Positions 39,762-49,696 of a DNA stretch of 64,000 nucleotides are shown in pieces. Within the stretch, counting starts at the first letter, position 1. Each line of letters starts with the position of its first letter. Location: the NCBI GenBank assembly GCA_963721805.1, contig CAVRJY010000005.1, positions 1 through 64,000 on the forward strand, written 5' to 3'. The DNA is from Nitrospirota bacterium. Its GTDB lineage: Bacteria; Nitrospirota; Thermodesulfovibrionia; Thermodesulfovibrionales; JdFR-86. A program made the position numbers and the translations under genes. The notes under the pieces were generated by a model. That model did not search any database. It had not been told where the DNA came from and was given only the letters and a program-made list of their open reading frames with translations.

Positions 39762-40215
39762 GTTTCTGGGCTGCTCGCTGCTGCTTGACGCGGCCTGGCC
39801 TGCGGTGTCCTCGGCTTATGTCGCCGCGCTCGGCGGCGCGCTCGATTGGCTGACCGGCGTGCCGGGCTTCTTCTCGCCCGGAGATGCCCCCGGCATAGCC
39901 GAGCTCAGCAGGCTCCTGATCCCCCTGTTTTCGCTCGTGCTCGTGACGCCCGGCGTGCGGCCCGCCAGGAGGGCGGCCCTGCTCGCGGCCGGGGCGGTCG
40001 CCTTCGGGGCCGACGACCTCGCGGGCTACTGGTCGTTTGCGCAGCTCGTGCGCACGCACAGGCTGGCTCTGGGCAGCCCGCTGTTTCTCGCGGCCTCCGC
40101 CGTGCCGCTCACCGTAAAGTGGCTGCTGCCCTTCCTGCTGGGCGCGCTGCCGAATTACGCCCGCCTGAAGGCCGTATTCGCTCCGCCCCCGGCCCCCGCA
40201 ACAGTCCCGGAATAG
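39733..40215 (+). CDS. Exosortase-associated membrane protein
   Basis: Hydrophobic, PLFSLVLVTP motif, overlaps the exosortase gene. Confidence 0.6.
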   Translation: MRARLLFLAKFLGCSLLLDAAWPAVSSAYVAALGGALDWLTGVPGFFSPGDAPGIAELSRLLIPLFSLVLVTPGVRPARRAALLAAGAVAFGADDLAGYWSFAQLVRTHRLALGSPLFLAASAVPLTVKWLLPFLLGALPNYARLKAVFAPPPAPATVPE

Positions 40216-40312
40216 GCCCGCCTGTGGGGCCTTGATCTGGCCCGCTGTGCGGGTTGTTGCGTCCCGCCGCATTGTGCCGTATAATCGAATTTAGATATAT
40301 GTATCGGGCCGC

Positions 40313-40341
40313 TTGACTAATTGTTTAGAAGTTTCTAAACT
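40313..40341 (+). promoter_or_regulatory. Sigma70 promoter with overlapping palindromic operator
   Basis: TTGACT-17 bp-TAAACT; GTTTAGAA-GT-TTCTAAAC palindrome at 40323-40340. Confidence 0.6.
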
Positions 40342-40402
40342 ATAGATAAGGTCGCGCGCCTCTGCGTGCGACACCAAAGACCCAAGGAGGATAGAGAAAG
40401 CG

Positions 40403-40624
40403 ATGTCAACCGAACTGAATTTCAAGGGCATGGCCTGCCCGATGCCGATCATGAAGACCGCGATAGCGTTCAAGAAGGCCGCCTCTGGCGACGAGTTCAA
40501 GATCGTATGCGACGACCCCGGGTTCGAGCCTGACATCAAGGCGTGGGCCTCAGAGACCGGCAACCCCCTGGTGGGCATCGAGAAGTCCGGCAAGGACACC
40601 ATCGCCACCATCAAGAAGAAATAA
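40403..40624 (+). CDS. tusA: TusA family sulfurtransferase
   Basis: GMACPMP, DDPGFEPDI. Confidence 0.9.
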   Translation: MSTELNFKGMACPMPIMKTAIAFKKAASGDEFKIVCDDPGFEPDIKAWASETGNPLVGIEKSGKDTIATIKKK

Positions 40625-40637
40625 GGAGGCTGGCGAA

Positions 40638-41168
40638 ATGTCGGTCGAAGAGAAGGTAAAAGAGCTGGAGGCCCGGCTCGAGAAGCTCGAGGCCAAGGGC
40701 GAGAACCTCACGATGGTCCTGATGAGCGGGGACTTCGACAAGGTGATGGGCGCGTTCATCATCGCAAACGGCGCGCTCGCGATGGGCAAGAACGTGACCG
40801 TGTTCGCGACCTTCTGGGGCCTCGACGCGATCAAGAAAAGCTCGTTTGACACCTCCGGCCGCGGGTTCCTGGAGCGTATGGTCCTGATGATGCGCCCCAA
40901 GGGGCCGATGAAGCTCCCGACCTCGAAGATGAACTTCGCTGGCATCGGGCCGATGCTTTTCAGGTACATGATGGGCAAGAAGAACGTCGAGGGCCTGGAT
41001 TCCCTGATCTCTATGTCCGTGGAGTTCGGGATAAAGATCATCGCCTGCCAGATGTCGATGGACGTCATGGGCATAAAGAAGTCGGATCTTCTGGACAGCG
41101 TGGAGGTGGGCGGCGTGGCCGCGTTCCTCCAAAGCTCGTATCAATCCAACACCACACTGTTTATATAA
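40638..41168 (+). CDS. DsrE2-like sulfur relay protein
   Basis: FATFWGL, IACQMSMDVMG, GGVAAFL. Confidence 0.88.
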   Translation: MSVEEKVKELEARLEKLEAKGENLTMVLMSGDFDKVMGAFIIANGALAMGKNVTVFATFWGLDAIKKSSFDTSGRGFLERMVLMMRPKGPMKLPTSKMNFAGIGPMLFRYMMGKKNVEGLDSLISMSVEFGIKIIACQMSMDVMGIKKSDLLDSVEVGGVAAFLQSSYQSNTTLFI

Positions 41169-41183
41169 GGAGCATTAAAACGC

Positions 41184-41552
41184 ATGGCAGAGAAGAAAGT
41201 CGTATACGTTGTCTCTAACGACCCGTACTCAAACACCGAGAACGTCTCGGCCGTCTTCGCCCAGGCCCTCACCGCGGTGAGCTTCGGCCACGAGTGCAGC
41301 ATCTACCTGATGGACGAGGCCGTTAACATCGCTAGGAAGGGCGGCATCAAGGACGTGAAGTTCCCGCAGTTCGAGCCCCTTGCCATGATGGTCGAGAACT
41401 TCATGGACATGGAGGGCAAGATCTTCGTCTGCCACCCCTCGAGCGACGCCAGGGGCATACACGAGGCCGACTGCCTCGAGGGCGTGAAGTTCGTAAACGC
41501 CTCGGCGCTCGTCGCGGCCGGGATAGAGTCCGACGCGCTCTTCACGTTTTAA
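41184..41552 (+). CDS. DsrE family protein
   Basis: YLMDEAV, IFVC..S.DARG. Confidence 0.8.
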   Translation: MAEKKVVYVVSNDPYSNTENVSAVFAQALTAVSFGHECSIYLMDEAVNIARKGGIKDVKFPQFEPLAMMVENFMDMEGKIFVCHPSSDARGIHEADCLEGVKFVNASALVAAGIESDALFTF

Positions 41553-41677
41553 ATAACGCTTTTTCCCCTCGGGCCGGGCCTCCACTCCCCCCTAAGAGCG
41601 AGGCCCGGCCTTTTTCATTGAACCCTCATGGGTTCCCCGGATGCATAACGGGCCGCGTTCCTGATAAGCTAAATATA

Positions 41678-42481
41678 ATGGGTATCGCATCCAAAATCGA
41701 CTCGCTCGCGTCCGCTGTGGCGGGGCTGCCAAGCGCGGTCATCGCGTTTTCGGGTGGCGCTGACAGCTCGCTCGTGCTTAAGGCCGCCTCGATGGCCGGG
41801 ATGCGCCTGCTCGCGGTCACCGGCCGGAGCGAGACCACGCCGGTCTCTGACATCGAGAGCGCGATCAGGACCGCCCGCGCCCTGGGCGCGCCCCACCGCA
41901 TTATCGAGACCTCCGAGCTCGGGATCGAGGAGTTCGCCTCCAACCCCGTAGACCGCTGCTACCACTGCAAGCGCCACCTGTTTGGCCTGCTGAGCACGCT
42001 GGCGCATGACGAGGGCTACGCATGCGTGCTGGAGGGCTCAAACGCGGACGACGCAGGAGACCACCGCCCCGGCATGAGGGCCGCGCGCGAGCTCGGCGTC
42101 AGAAGCCCGCTGCTCGCGGCCGGGCTCACGAAGGCGGACGTCCGCGAGATCTCGCGCTCGCTCGGCCTCGATTCCTGGGACCGCCCGTCCTCGCCCTGCC
42201 TCTCCTCCCGCATCCCCTATGGCATGCGGATAACCCCCGAGGCGCTCGGGATGATAGCTCGCGCCGAGGACGCGCTCCATGCCCTCGGCATTCGGGAGCT
42301 AAGGGTGCGCCACCACGGCGATAGCGCGCGCATCGAGGTCAGGCCCGAGGACATGGCGGCCGTCATAGAGCGGAGCGCTCAGATAACTTCGGAGCTGCGG
42401 ACTATTGGATACCGCTACGTCAGCCTCGACATCGAGGGCCTCCGAAGCGGTAGCCTCAATCCCCGCAGGGGGCTGGCATGA
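41678..42481 (+). CDS. larE: LarE-family ATP-dependent sacrificial sulfur transferase
   Basis: AFSGGADS PP-loop, RCYHCK, DHRPG, PSSPCLSSRIPYG, SGSLN. Confidence 0.9.
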   Translation: MGIASKIDSLASAVAGLPSAVIAFSGGADSSLVLKAASMAGMRLLAVTGRSETTPVSDIESAIRTARALGAPHRIIETSELGIEEFASNPVDRCYHCKRHLFGLLSTLAHDEGYACVLEGSNADDAGDHRPGMRAARELGVRSPLLAAGLTKADVREISRSLGLDSWDRPSSPCLSSRIPYGMRITPEALGMIARAEDALHALGIRELRVRHHGDSARIEVRPEDMAAVIERSAQITSELRTIGYRYVSLDIEGLRSGSLNPRRGLA

Positions 42482-43629
42482 TCGAGCCGCTGCTGCAGGA
42501 CGTCGAGAAGTGCGTCAAGTGCGGGGGCTGCAAGGCGATCTGTCCGACCTTTGAAAGCGGGCTGAGCGAGGCGCTCTCGGCGCGCGGCCGGATGATGATT
42601 CTCAGAGACCTTTACAAGGGCAACCTCAAGCCGGACCCCGCCTTGCGCGACCGCATCTGGAGCTGCCTGCTGTGCGGGCTTTGCGAGTCGGCATGCCCGG
42701 CCGGGGTTCAGGTGACCTCGGCGATCTACCGCGGCCGCAAGCGCATGGTCGGCCGCGACTTCAAGCGCCTGCCCCAGAGGCTGATCGCCCGCCACGTACT
42801 GAACTCGCACGCGAGGATGGGCATGGCGCTGGGCGCGATGCGCCACCTCATGCCTTACCTCAGGCGCAAGGGGATCATCCCGTTTGACCTCGAGGTCGCG
42901 GACGCCCCGCTTCGAAGCGGGCCGCAGGTGATCAAGCCCAAAAAGAAAAAAGGCCGCGTCGCGATATTCACCGGCTGCGCGACTAACTTTCTGATGCCGC
43001 ACCTCGGCGACTCCCTGATCCGCATACTGTATGGTTTGGGCTACGAGGTCGTGCTCCCGGCCGGGGAGGTCTGCTGCGGCGCGCCGCACCGCTCGCTCGG
43101 GATGGAGCGCTCGTTCCAGAAGCTCGCCAAGCGCAACGTCGCGGTCTTCTCTCGGCTGAAGGCCGACGCGGTCGTGAGCCTCTGCCCGACCTGCACGCTC
43201 ATGATAAAAAAGCACTACTCCGAGGCGTTCGAGCAGGGCATCCCAAACGCGATGGACGCGCTTGCCTTCCTCTCGGACAAGATCAAGCTCCCGGACGAGA
43301 CGCCGGAGGGCGGCTCGGTGATGTACCATCCGCCGTGCCACCTCGCATACGGCCTCGGCGTCAAGCGCGAGCCCGTAAATCTCCTGACCTCGCTTAACTA
43401 TACCGTGGCTGAGCCCTCGGAGCCCGGCTGCTGCGGGTTCGGGCTGAGCATGACGCACGCGAAGCTCTCGGAGGGCATCCTCAACATGCGCGAGGAGCAG
43501 TACCGGAAGGCGGATACCCTAGTCACGGCATGCCCCGGATGCATGCTGCAACTCGAACGCATACGCGGCAATGTACGCCACGTGATCGAGCTGATCGATG
43601 AATCGTTAGGCGGGGCGAGGCTCTTTTAG
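42478..43629 (+). CDS. Fe-S oxidoreductase (GlcF-like, CCG domains)
   Basis: Two CxxCxxCxxxCP motifs and two CCG domains. Confidence 0.88.
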   Translation: MIEPLLQDVEKCVKCGGCKAICPTFESGLSEALSARGRMMILRDLYKGNLKPDPALRDRIWSCLLCGLCESACPAGVQVTSAIYRGRKRMVGRDFKRLPQRLIARHVLNSHARMGMALGAMRHLMPYLRRKGIIPFDLEVADAPLRSGPQVIKPKKKKGRVAIFTGCATNFLMPHLGDSLIRILYGLGYEVVLPAGEVCCGAPHRSLGMERSFQKLAKRNVAVFSRLKADAVVSLCPTCTLMIKKHYSEAFEQGIPNAMDALAFLSDKIKLPDETPEGGSVMYHPPCHLAYGLGVKREPVNLLTSLNYTVAEPSEPGCCGFGLSMTHAKLSEGILNMREEQYRKADTLVTACPGCMLQLERIRGNVRHVIELIDESLGGARLF

Positions 43630-43650
43630 GCTGCTATTCTCACCTTCTTC

Positions 43651-43772
43651 AAAGCGCTCCAAATCGCGTGATACGTCGTCAGTTCTCGAAAACTCGCCCT
43701 CGGAGTACATCACAGTACACCTCCGGGCGGTCTTCTTGCCCTGCCTTGTCTGAAGACGATTTGGCGCGCTTT
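43651..43772 (-). repeat. Dispersed structured repeat, copy J (headless body)
   Basis: Complete hairpin body without the GCCGTTGACC head. Confidence 0.88.
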
Positions 43773-43806
43773 CCTAAGAGTACCGGCTGGCTGTATAATA
43801 ATCTCC

Positions 43807-46800
43807 ATGGGTATGCTGCATTTGTATAGGACACCTGCGCTCACTCAGGGCCAGGCTGCGTCACTCATCGAGTCTCTCGCCAATGCGGGCCACGAGGTCA
43901 GCGCCATAACCGCCGAATACTGCTTCAATTGCTGGTGCACCGGCACCCTGGATGCCGCCGAGCAGGAGCGGCTTACATGGCTGCTGAGCGAGACCTTCGA
44001 GCCGGAGAATTTCTCGGCCAACTCGTTCCTCTCGGGCGATGTTATCGAGGTAGGCCCGAGGCTGAATTTCCAGACCACGTGGAGCGCCAATGCGGTCTCG
44101 ATCGCCCGCGCGACCGGGGTCACGCATGTCACGCGCATCGAGCGCTCGCGGAGGTATCTGCTCGAGGGCGCGGATGCGGCAGGCCGCGCCGCGTTTACCG
44201 CGATGGTGCACGACCGCATGACCGAGACCCCGTATCCCGCCCCGCTTCAGAGCTTCGAAAGCGGGATCGTGCCGGAGCCGGTCACGGTAGTGCCGGTGAT
44301 CGAGCAGGGCCCGGAGGCGCTTCGCGAACTCAACCGCCGGATGGGCCTCGGGCTCGATGACTGGGACATAGAGTATTACCACAACCTCTTCGTGAACGTG
44401 ATGAAGCGCAACCCGACCACGGTCGAGTGCTTCGACCTGGGGCAGTCCAACAGCGAGCACTCTAGGCACTGGTTCTTCAAGGGCGATCTCGTTATAGATG
44501 GCGAGCGGATGCCGGAAAACCTGATGCAGATAGTCGGCGGCCCGATCCGCACGCAGGGAACTACGAACAGCGTGATCGCGTTTAGCGACAACTCAAGCGC
44601 GATACGCGGGTTTAAGATAAACACCCTCCTGCCCGAAACTCCGGGTACGCCCGGCGCGATGGTCGAGGCTCAGAGGGAGTACCACCCCACGTTCACGGCC
44701 GAGACGCACAACTTCCCGACCGGGGTCGCGCCGTTTCCGGGCGCGGAGACCGGCACGGGGGGCCGCATCCGCGACGTACAGGCGGTCGGGCGCGGCGGGC
44801 TCGTCGTGGCGGGCACGGCCGGGTATTGCGTCGGCAACCTCCACCTGCCCGGATACGTGCAGCCCTGGGAGGACGCGACATTTTCATATCCGGGCAACCT
44901 CGCAAGCCCGCTTAAGATCGAGATCTCGGCCTCTAACGGGGCTTCGGACTACGGCAACAAGTTCGGCGAGCCGCTGATACAGGGCTTTACCCGCGCGTTC
45001 GGCATGCGCCTTCCCAATGGCGAGCGCCGCGAGTGGATCAAGCCGATCATGTTCACCGGCGGAGTCGGACAGATGGACTCGGCCCACGTCGCGAAGGGCC
45101 AGCCGGAGCGGGGGATGCTCGTAGTCAAGGTCGGAGGCCCGGCGTTTCGGATCGGGATGGGCGGCGGCGCGGCATCGAGCATGCTCCAGGGCGAGAACTT
45201 AGAGGAACTAGACTTCAATGCGGTGCAGCGCGGCGACGCCGAGATGGAGCAGAAGCTCAACCGCGCGATACGCGCGTGCATAGAGCTTGGCGATAAAAAC
45301 CCGATAGTCAGCATCCACGATCAGGGCGCGGGCGGCAACTGTAACGTGCTGAAGGAACTCGTCGCCCCGGCCGGAGGGCGGATAGACATACGCAAGATCG
45401 AACTCGGGGACGCAACGCTCTCGGTGCTGGAGATATGGGGCGCGGAGTATCAGGAGCAGGACGCGCTGCTGCTGCGGCCCCAGGACGGCCCGCTGTTTGA
45501 GGCGATATGCCGGCGCGAGAAGGTCCCGGTCGCGTTCGTGGGCGAGATCACCGGAGACGGCCGCGTCGTCGTCTGGGACAGCAAGGATAACTCTACTCCG
45601 GTGAGCCTCGATCTCAGGCACGTGCTTGCGGAGATGCCGTCGAAGACATTTACGATAACGAGGCAGAAGCCGTTATTGAAAGCCCCGGAGCTTCCGGCCT
45701 CGCTCACTCTAAAGGACGCGCTCGGCCGCGTGCTCAGGCTCGTAAGCGTCGGCTCTAAGCGGTTCCTCACGAACAAGGTGGACCGAAGCGTAACTGGATT
45801 AATAGCCCGGCAGCAGTGCGCCGGGCCTCTGGGGCTCACGGTCGCGGACGTGGCGGTCATTGCCCAGAGCCATTTCGGCACCACCGGGGCCGCGATCTCG
45901 ATAGGCGAGCAGCCGATTAAAGGCCTAATCAATCCCTCAGCCATGGCCCGCATGAGCGTGGCCGAAGCGCTGACGAATATCGTTTGGGCTCCGATTACCA
46001 GGATCGAGGATATAAAGGCCTCGGGCAACTGGATGTGGGCCGCGAAGCTACCCGGCGAGGGCGCGCTGATATACGACGCGGCGGTCGCGCTCAGAGACGT
46101 GATGATCGAGTTGGGCATCGCGATAGACGGCGGCAAAGACAGTTTATCCATGGCCGCGCGCGATAACGCGACCGGCGAGATGGTCAAGTCGCCCGGAACT
46201 CTCGTCATTTCGGCATACGCCCCCGCGACCGACATCACGAAGGTTGTGACGCCGGACATAAAACATCCGGGCGGAAGCGTGCTGCTGCATGTCGATCTGG
46301 CAAAGGGCCAACGCCGCATCGGCGGCTCGGCGCTCCTGCAGTGCTTTAACCAGTTTGGCGATGAAAGCCCTGACATAGAAGATGCTGGCATCCTCCGCCG
46401 CGCGTTCGGGGCAGTGCAGGCGATGATTAAAGAAGGCGTCGTGCTCGCGGGCCACGACATCAGCGACGGCGGGCTGATAGTGGCCGCGCTGGAGATGGCG
46501 TTTTCAGGAAACTGCGGGCTTGCGCTTAATATGGCCCTCATGGACGACGATCCCATACAGGCGCTGTTCAGCGAGGAGGCCGGGCTGCTGATCGAGGCCG
46601 ATGCGCAGGACGCCGAGCAGATTATCAACGCGCTCGGAGACGAGGGCGTTCAGTGCAACCTCATAGGCCGCACCGTGGCCGACGACAACGTGACGGTCAT
46701 AGTGGAAGGCCGCACGCTTTTGTGCGAGCCGATGACCGCCCTGCGCGCGGACTGGGAGGAGACGGGCTACCGCTTAGAGCGGCTCCAGTGCGACCCCTCA

Positions 46801-47694
46801 TGCGCTGACGAGGAATCGCGCAACATAATGCAGAGGCAGGGCCCGCGGTTCTCGGTGGGCTTCAAGCCCGCATTGACCGAGCCTCCGGCAGTGCGGCCCA
46901 AGGTCGCGATCATCCGCGAGGAGGGCAGCAACTCCGACCGCGAGATGTCATCGGCGTTCTACATGGCCGGGTTCGAGCCCTGGGACATCACGATCACGGA
47001 CCTGATGGACGGGCGCGCCACGCTCGACGCCATGCGCGGGGTCGCGTTCGTAGGCGGCTTCAGCTACGCCGACGTGCTCGACTCGGCGAAGGGCTGGGCC
47101 GGGACTATACGTTTTAACGCGCGCACGCGTGAGGAGTTCGACCGCTTCTACGCGAGGCCGGACACCTTCAGCCTCGGCGTCTGCAACGGCTGCCAGCTTA
47201 TGGCGCTGCTTGGGTGGGTTCCATGGCGCGGGATAGCGGACGCGGCTCAGCCCCGGTTTATTCACAACCGCTCGGGCCGGTTCGAGAGCCGCTTCAGCAC
47301 GGTAAAGATATTTAACAGCCCCGCGATGATGCTTCGGGGGATGGAGGGCTCGGTGCTCGGCATATGGGTCGCGCACGGCGAGGGGATGCTGCATTTTCCG
47401 GACCGCGAGATATACAATAAAGCTATGGCTATGGACCTTGCGCCGGTGCGGTTCGTGGACGACGCAGGGGAGCCGACCGAGGCGTATCCCTTCAACCCTA
47501 ACGGCTCGCCGCTTGGGATCACCGCACTGTGCTCCCCGGACGGCCGGCACCTCGCTCTGATGCCGCATCCGGAGAGATCGTTCCTCGCGTGGCAGTGGGC
47601 CTGGATGCCGGAGCAATGGAGGCGAGAGATGAAGGTATCGCCGTGGCTGAAGTTATTCCAGAATGCGAGGCAGTGGTGCTTGAGCCAATCATGA
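43807..47694 (+). CDS. purL: Phosphoribosylformylglycinamidine synthase (large type)
   Basis: NSEHSRHWFF, AETHNFPT, GGKDSLSM, glutaminase LGVCNGCQL, MPHPER. Confidence 0.97.
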   Translation: MGMLHLYRTPALTQGQAASLIESLANAGHEVSAITAEYCFNCWCTGTLDAAEQERLTWLLSETFEPENFSANSFLSGDVIEVGPRLNFQTTWSANAVSIARATGVTHVTRIERSRRYLLEGADAAGRAAFTAMVHDRMTETPYPAPLQSFESGIVPEPVTVVPVIEQGPEALRELNRRMGLGLDDWDIEYYHNLFVNVMKRNPTTVECFDLGQSNSEHSRHWFFKGDLVIDGERMPENLMQIVGGPIRTQGTTNSVIAFSDNSSAIRGFKINTLLPETPGTPGAMVEAQREYHPTFTAETHNFPTGVAPFPGAETGTGGRIRDVQAVGRGGLVVAGTAGYCVGNLHLPGYVQPWEDATFSYPGNLASPLKIEISASNGASDYGNKFGEPLIQGFTRAFGMRLPNGERREWIKPIMFTGGVGQMDSAHVAKGQPERGMLVVKVGGPAFRIGMGGGAASSMLQGENLEELDFNAVQRGDAEMEQKLNRAIRACIELGDKNPIVSIHDQGAGGNCNVLKELVAPAGGRIDIRKIELGDATLSVLEIWGAEYQEQDALLLRPQDGPLFEAICRREKVPVAFVGEITGDGRVVVWDSKDNSTPVSLDLRHVLAEMPSKTFTITRQKPLLKAPELPASLTLKDALGRVLRLVSVGSKRFLTNKVDRSVTGLIARQQCAGPLGLTVADVAVIAQSHFGTTGAAISIGEQPIKGLINPSAMARMSVAEALTNIVWAPITRIEDIKASGNWMWAAKLPGEGALIYDAAVALRDVMIELGIAIDGGKDSLSMAARDNATGEMVKSPGTLVISAYAPATDITKVVTPDIKHPGGSVLLHVDLAKGQRRIGGSALLQCFNQFGDESPDIEDAGILRRAFGAVQAMIKEGVVLAGHDISDGGLIVAALEMAFSGNCGLALNMALMDDDPIQALFSEEAGLLIEADAQDAEQIINALGDEGVQCNLIGRTVADDNVTVIVEGRTLLCEPMTALRADWEETGYRLERLQCDPSCADEESRNIMQRQGPRFSVGFKPALTEPPAVRPKVAIIREEGSNSDREMSSAFYMAGFEPWDITITDLMDGRATLDAMRGVAFVGGFSYADVLDSAKGWAGTIRFNARTREEFDRFYARPDTFSLGVCNGCQLMALLGWVPWRGIADAAQPRFIHNRSGRFESRFSTVKIFNSPAMMLRGMEGSVLGIWVAHGEGMLHFPDREIYNKAMAMDLAPVRFVDDAGEPTEAYPFNPNGSPLGITALCSPDGRHLALMPHPERSFLAWQWAWMPEQWRREMKVSPWLKLFQNARQWCLSQS

Positions 47695-48017
47695 GATCGC
47701 TTCTGGCATTCATACTCTTGCTCATCCTACTGACTGCCGGTACCGCGCTTGCGGTGGCGCCCGAGAAGTCGGTCGACTACGACGGCGGGATTCTCGGGAT
47801 GGTCACGTTTTCGGGCAGGACGCACGCGGATGCGGGCCTTAGGTGCGACGACTGCCACACGCGCATATTCCCGAGGCTCAGCGGGGCCGGACATATGACC
47901 AGCCGCGACCATATCAAGGAACTGCTCTGCGGAGTCTGCCACAACGGCAAGAGGGCGTTTAGCGTTAATGAAGAGTCGGCCTGCGACAAGTGCCATCAGC
48001 GCAATCCGGGGCCGTAA
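47691..48017 (+). CDS. Triheme c-type cytochrome (c7-like)
   Basis: Signal peptide; CDDCH, CGVCH, CDKCH. Confidence 0.85.
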   Translation: MRSLLAFILLLILLTAGTALAVAPEKSVDYDGGILGMVTFSGRTHADAGLRCDDCHTRIFPRLSGAGHMTSRDHIKELLCGVCHNGKRAFSVNEESACDKCHQRNPGP

Positions 48018-48050
48018 TTCACCACATCATTCCTGTCCGATAGATCTTCT

Positions 48051-48238
48051 AAAGTCGCGCTAAATACGCGTGATACGTCGTCACCGTTCGAAAAACGATC
48101 CTCGAAGTATGTCCATATACGACTGCGGGGGTCACAGACCCCTCCTGTAAAGAAAAAGGTGCCCATGGCACCCCTAGTCTGACGCGATTTATCGCGCTTT
48201 AAAGTGGTCATTGCATAATCGTGCGAGCGGTCAACGGC
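48051..48238 (-). repeat. Dispersed structured repeat, copy K (head type II, double-hairpin insert)
   Basis: Reverse copy; apex GTAT-ATGGAC-ATAC; insert at about 48127-48174. Confidence 0.88.
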
Positions 48239-48281
48239 ATTGATTAGAGCATTTCGATTGCTGATTTGATATAATCGGGAT

Positions 48282-48509
48282 ATGAGGAAGATCAAGATAA
48301 CCGCCGAGCTGTTGCCTGCCGAGGAAGGCGGCTTCGTGGTGTATTGCCCCGAACTCGACATAACCACCGAGGGCGAGACCGCCGAGGAGGCAATCGCGAT
48401 GCTCAAGGATGCCGCGCTTGGGTATGTCGAGGTCACGGGCATCGAGAACATCCCCCATTTTTCCGCTAATACCGTCCGGGAAGAGCTTGAACTCGTGGTG
48501 AATGGCTAA
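48282..48509 (+). CDS. hicB: HicB family antitoxin
   Basis: EEGGFVVYCPELDITTEGETAEEA. Confidence 0.88.
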   Translation: MRKIKITAELLPAEEGGFVVYCPELDITTEGETAEEAIAMLKDAALGYVEVTGIENIPHFSANTVREELELVVNG

Positions 48510-48750
48510 AGCGCCTTCCGTCAGCGGCAAGGAGCTGTCCGCTGTGCTTGAGAGGGAGGGCTTCAAGCTCGTAAGGCAGACCGGAAGCCACAGGATATAT
48601 CAGAAGCAGACCGAAGAAGGCACAATTACAATCCCCGTCCCGGTGCATTCGAACAAGCCGCTTAAGAAAGGCACCCTCCACGCGATCATCAAGAAAGCCG
48701 GAATCACGATGGAGAGACTTTCGTTCCTGCTCGCGATCCTGTTCGGCTAG
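48502..48750 (+). CDS. hicA: HicA family toxin
   Basis: GFKLVRQTGSH, VPVH..LKKGTLHAI. Confidence 0.9.
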   Translation: MAKAPSVSGKELSAVLEREGFKLVRQTGSHRIYQKQTEEGTITIPVPVHSNKPLKKGTLHAIIKKAGITMERLSFLLAILFG

Positions 48751-48827
48751 GGGGCAGCGCCCCTTGGCTGCCGAAATTTATCGCGCTTTGATGTAGCTTA
48801 TGCCTAACCGTGCGAGCGGTCAACGGC
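48751..48827 (-). repeat. Dispersed repeat, copy L (5' half only, head type II)
   Basis: Head plus left arm, ending at a GGGGC-GCT-GCCCC hairpin after CAAG. Confidence 0.8.
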
Positions 48828-48841
48828 ATGTTGAGGCTACC

Positions 48842-49666
48842 TCATTCAGCGGTTGACCAAGCAGCGTAATACGTGTCGTTCAAGTAATTTGCAAGCTTGT
48901 TGGTCCCATCAACAAACTGCTTCCATACCTGTCGAGTTTCAACAAGCAGAAAATCCAACTCAAAATCAGGAGGTTGTTGTCCAGGGATTGCCAATAATTT
49001 GCCTTTTTCTTGCTGTATTGGTGCTATCTGAGTCTCCTTAGGCCAATCCACATATGGTGTCTCATTGTGGACAAATTCATGTCGATATGTTTTCATCAGC
49101 TTTCTTGTTTCTTCTGAATCGAAACATTCATAAAGCAGACTGCACAATTCAGGGTTCTTCTTATTGGCTTTCTTGCAATATATTGAGAAAGACATTTTCT
49201 GTTTATTTGTTTCTGTATTGATAAAACATAATTTAGCATGCGAGTTCAGTAACCATGCGAGCTTTTCACGATAAGAATGTAGCCTGAATATCGCATTATC
49301 CAAGTAATATTTCGAATAAAACCAAGCTTCGCCACAGAACGATTTCGAATCCACAAAATCAAGGAATTCAGCACACTGACTTTTTGTCTTTTGCTCATTA
49401 AGGTATCTTGACCAAGCTAAGGCCCAACTGAGACTAACAGCTATAGAGCTTCCACAGTTGTAGACTTGTCTCCACCATTTTGGAATATTATTTACATCAC
49501 AGTAAAACTCAATAGAATCGAGAGCGGGACGCTTCAGAATATTACCTAGAGAAATCCTGCCTTTTGGCAGTGGCAAACTGTCCCAGTCAGTATTTTCAAT
49601 TTTTAAGGATGTTGCGTATTCGGCAACTATACGGAGTCTATCAAGGTAGGCTTCTTTTTCATCCAT
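48842..49666 (-). CDS. Probable HEPN-domain protein (Cthe_2314-like)
   Basis: Low GC; DNAIFRLHSYREKLAWLLN and RHEFVH (RxxxxH). Confidence 0.65.
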   Translation of the reverse strand: MDEKEAYLDRLRIVAEYATSLKIENTDWDSLPLPKGRISLGNILKRPALDSIEFYCDVNNIPKWWRQVYNCGSSIAVSLSWALAWSRYLNEQKTKSQCAEFLDFVDSKSFCGEAWFYSKYYLDNAIFRLHSYREKLAWLLNSHAKLCFINTETNKQKMSFSIYCKKANKKNPELCSLLYECFDSEETRKLMKTYRHEFVHNETPYVDWPKETQIAPIQQEKGKLLAIPGQQPPDFELDFLLVETRQVWKQFVDGTNKLANYLNDTYYAAWSTAE

Positions 49667-49696
49667 CTTTCTTCCCTCTCGGCCACCAGCAAAACC

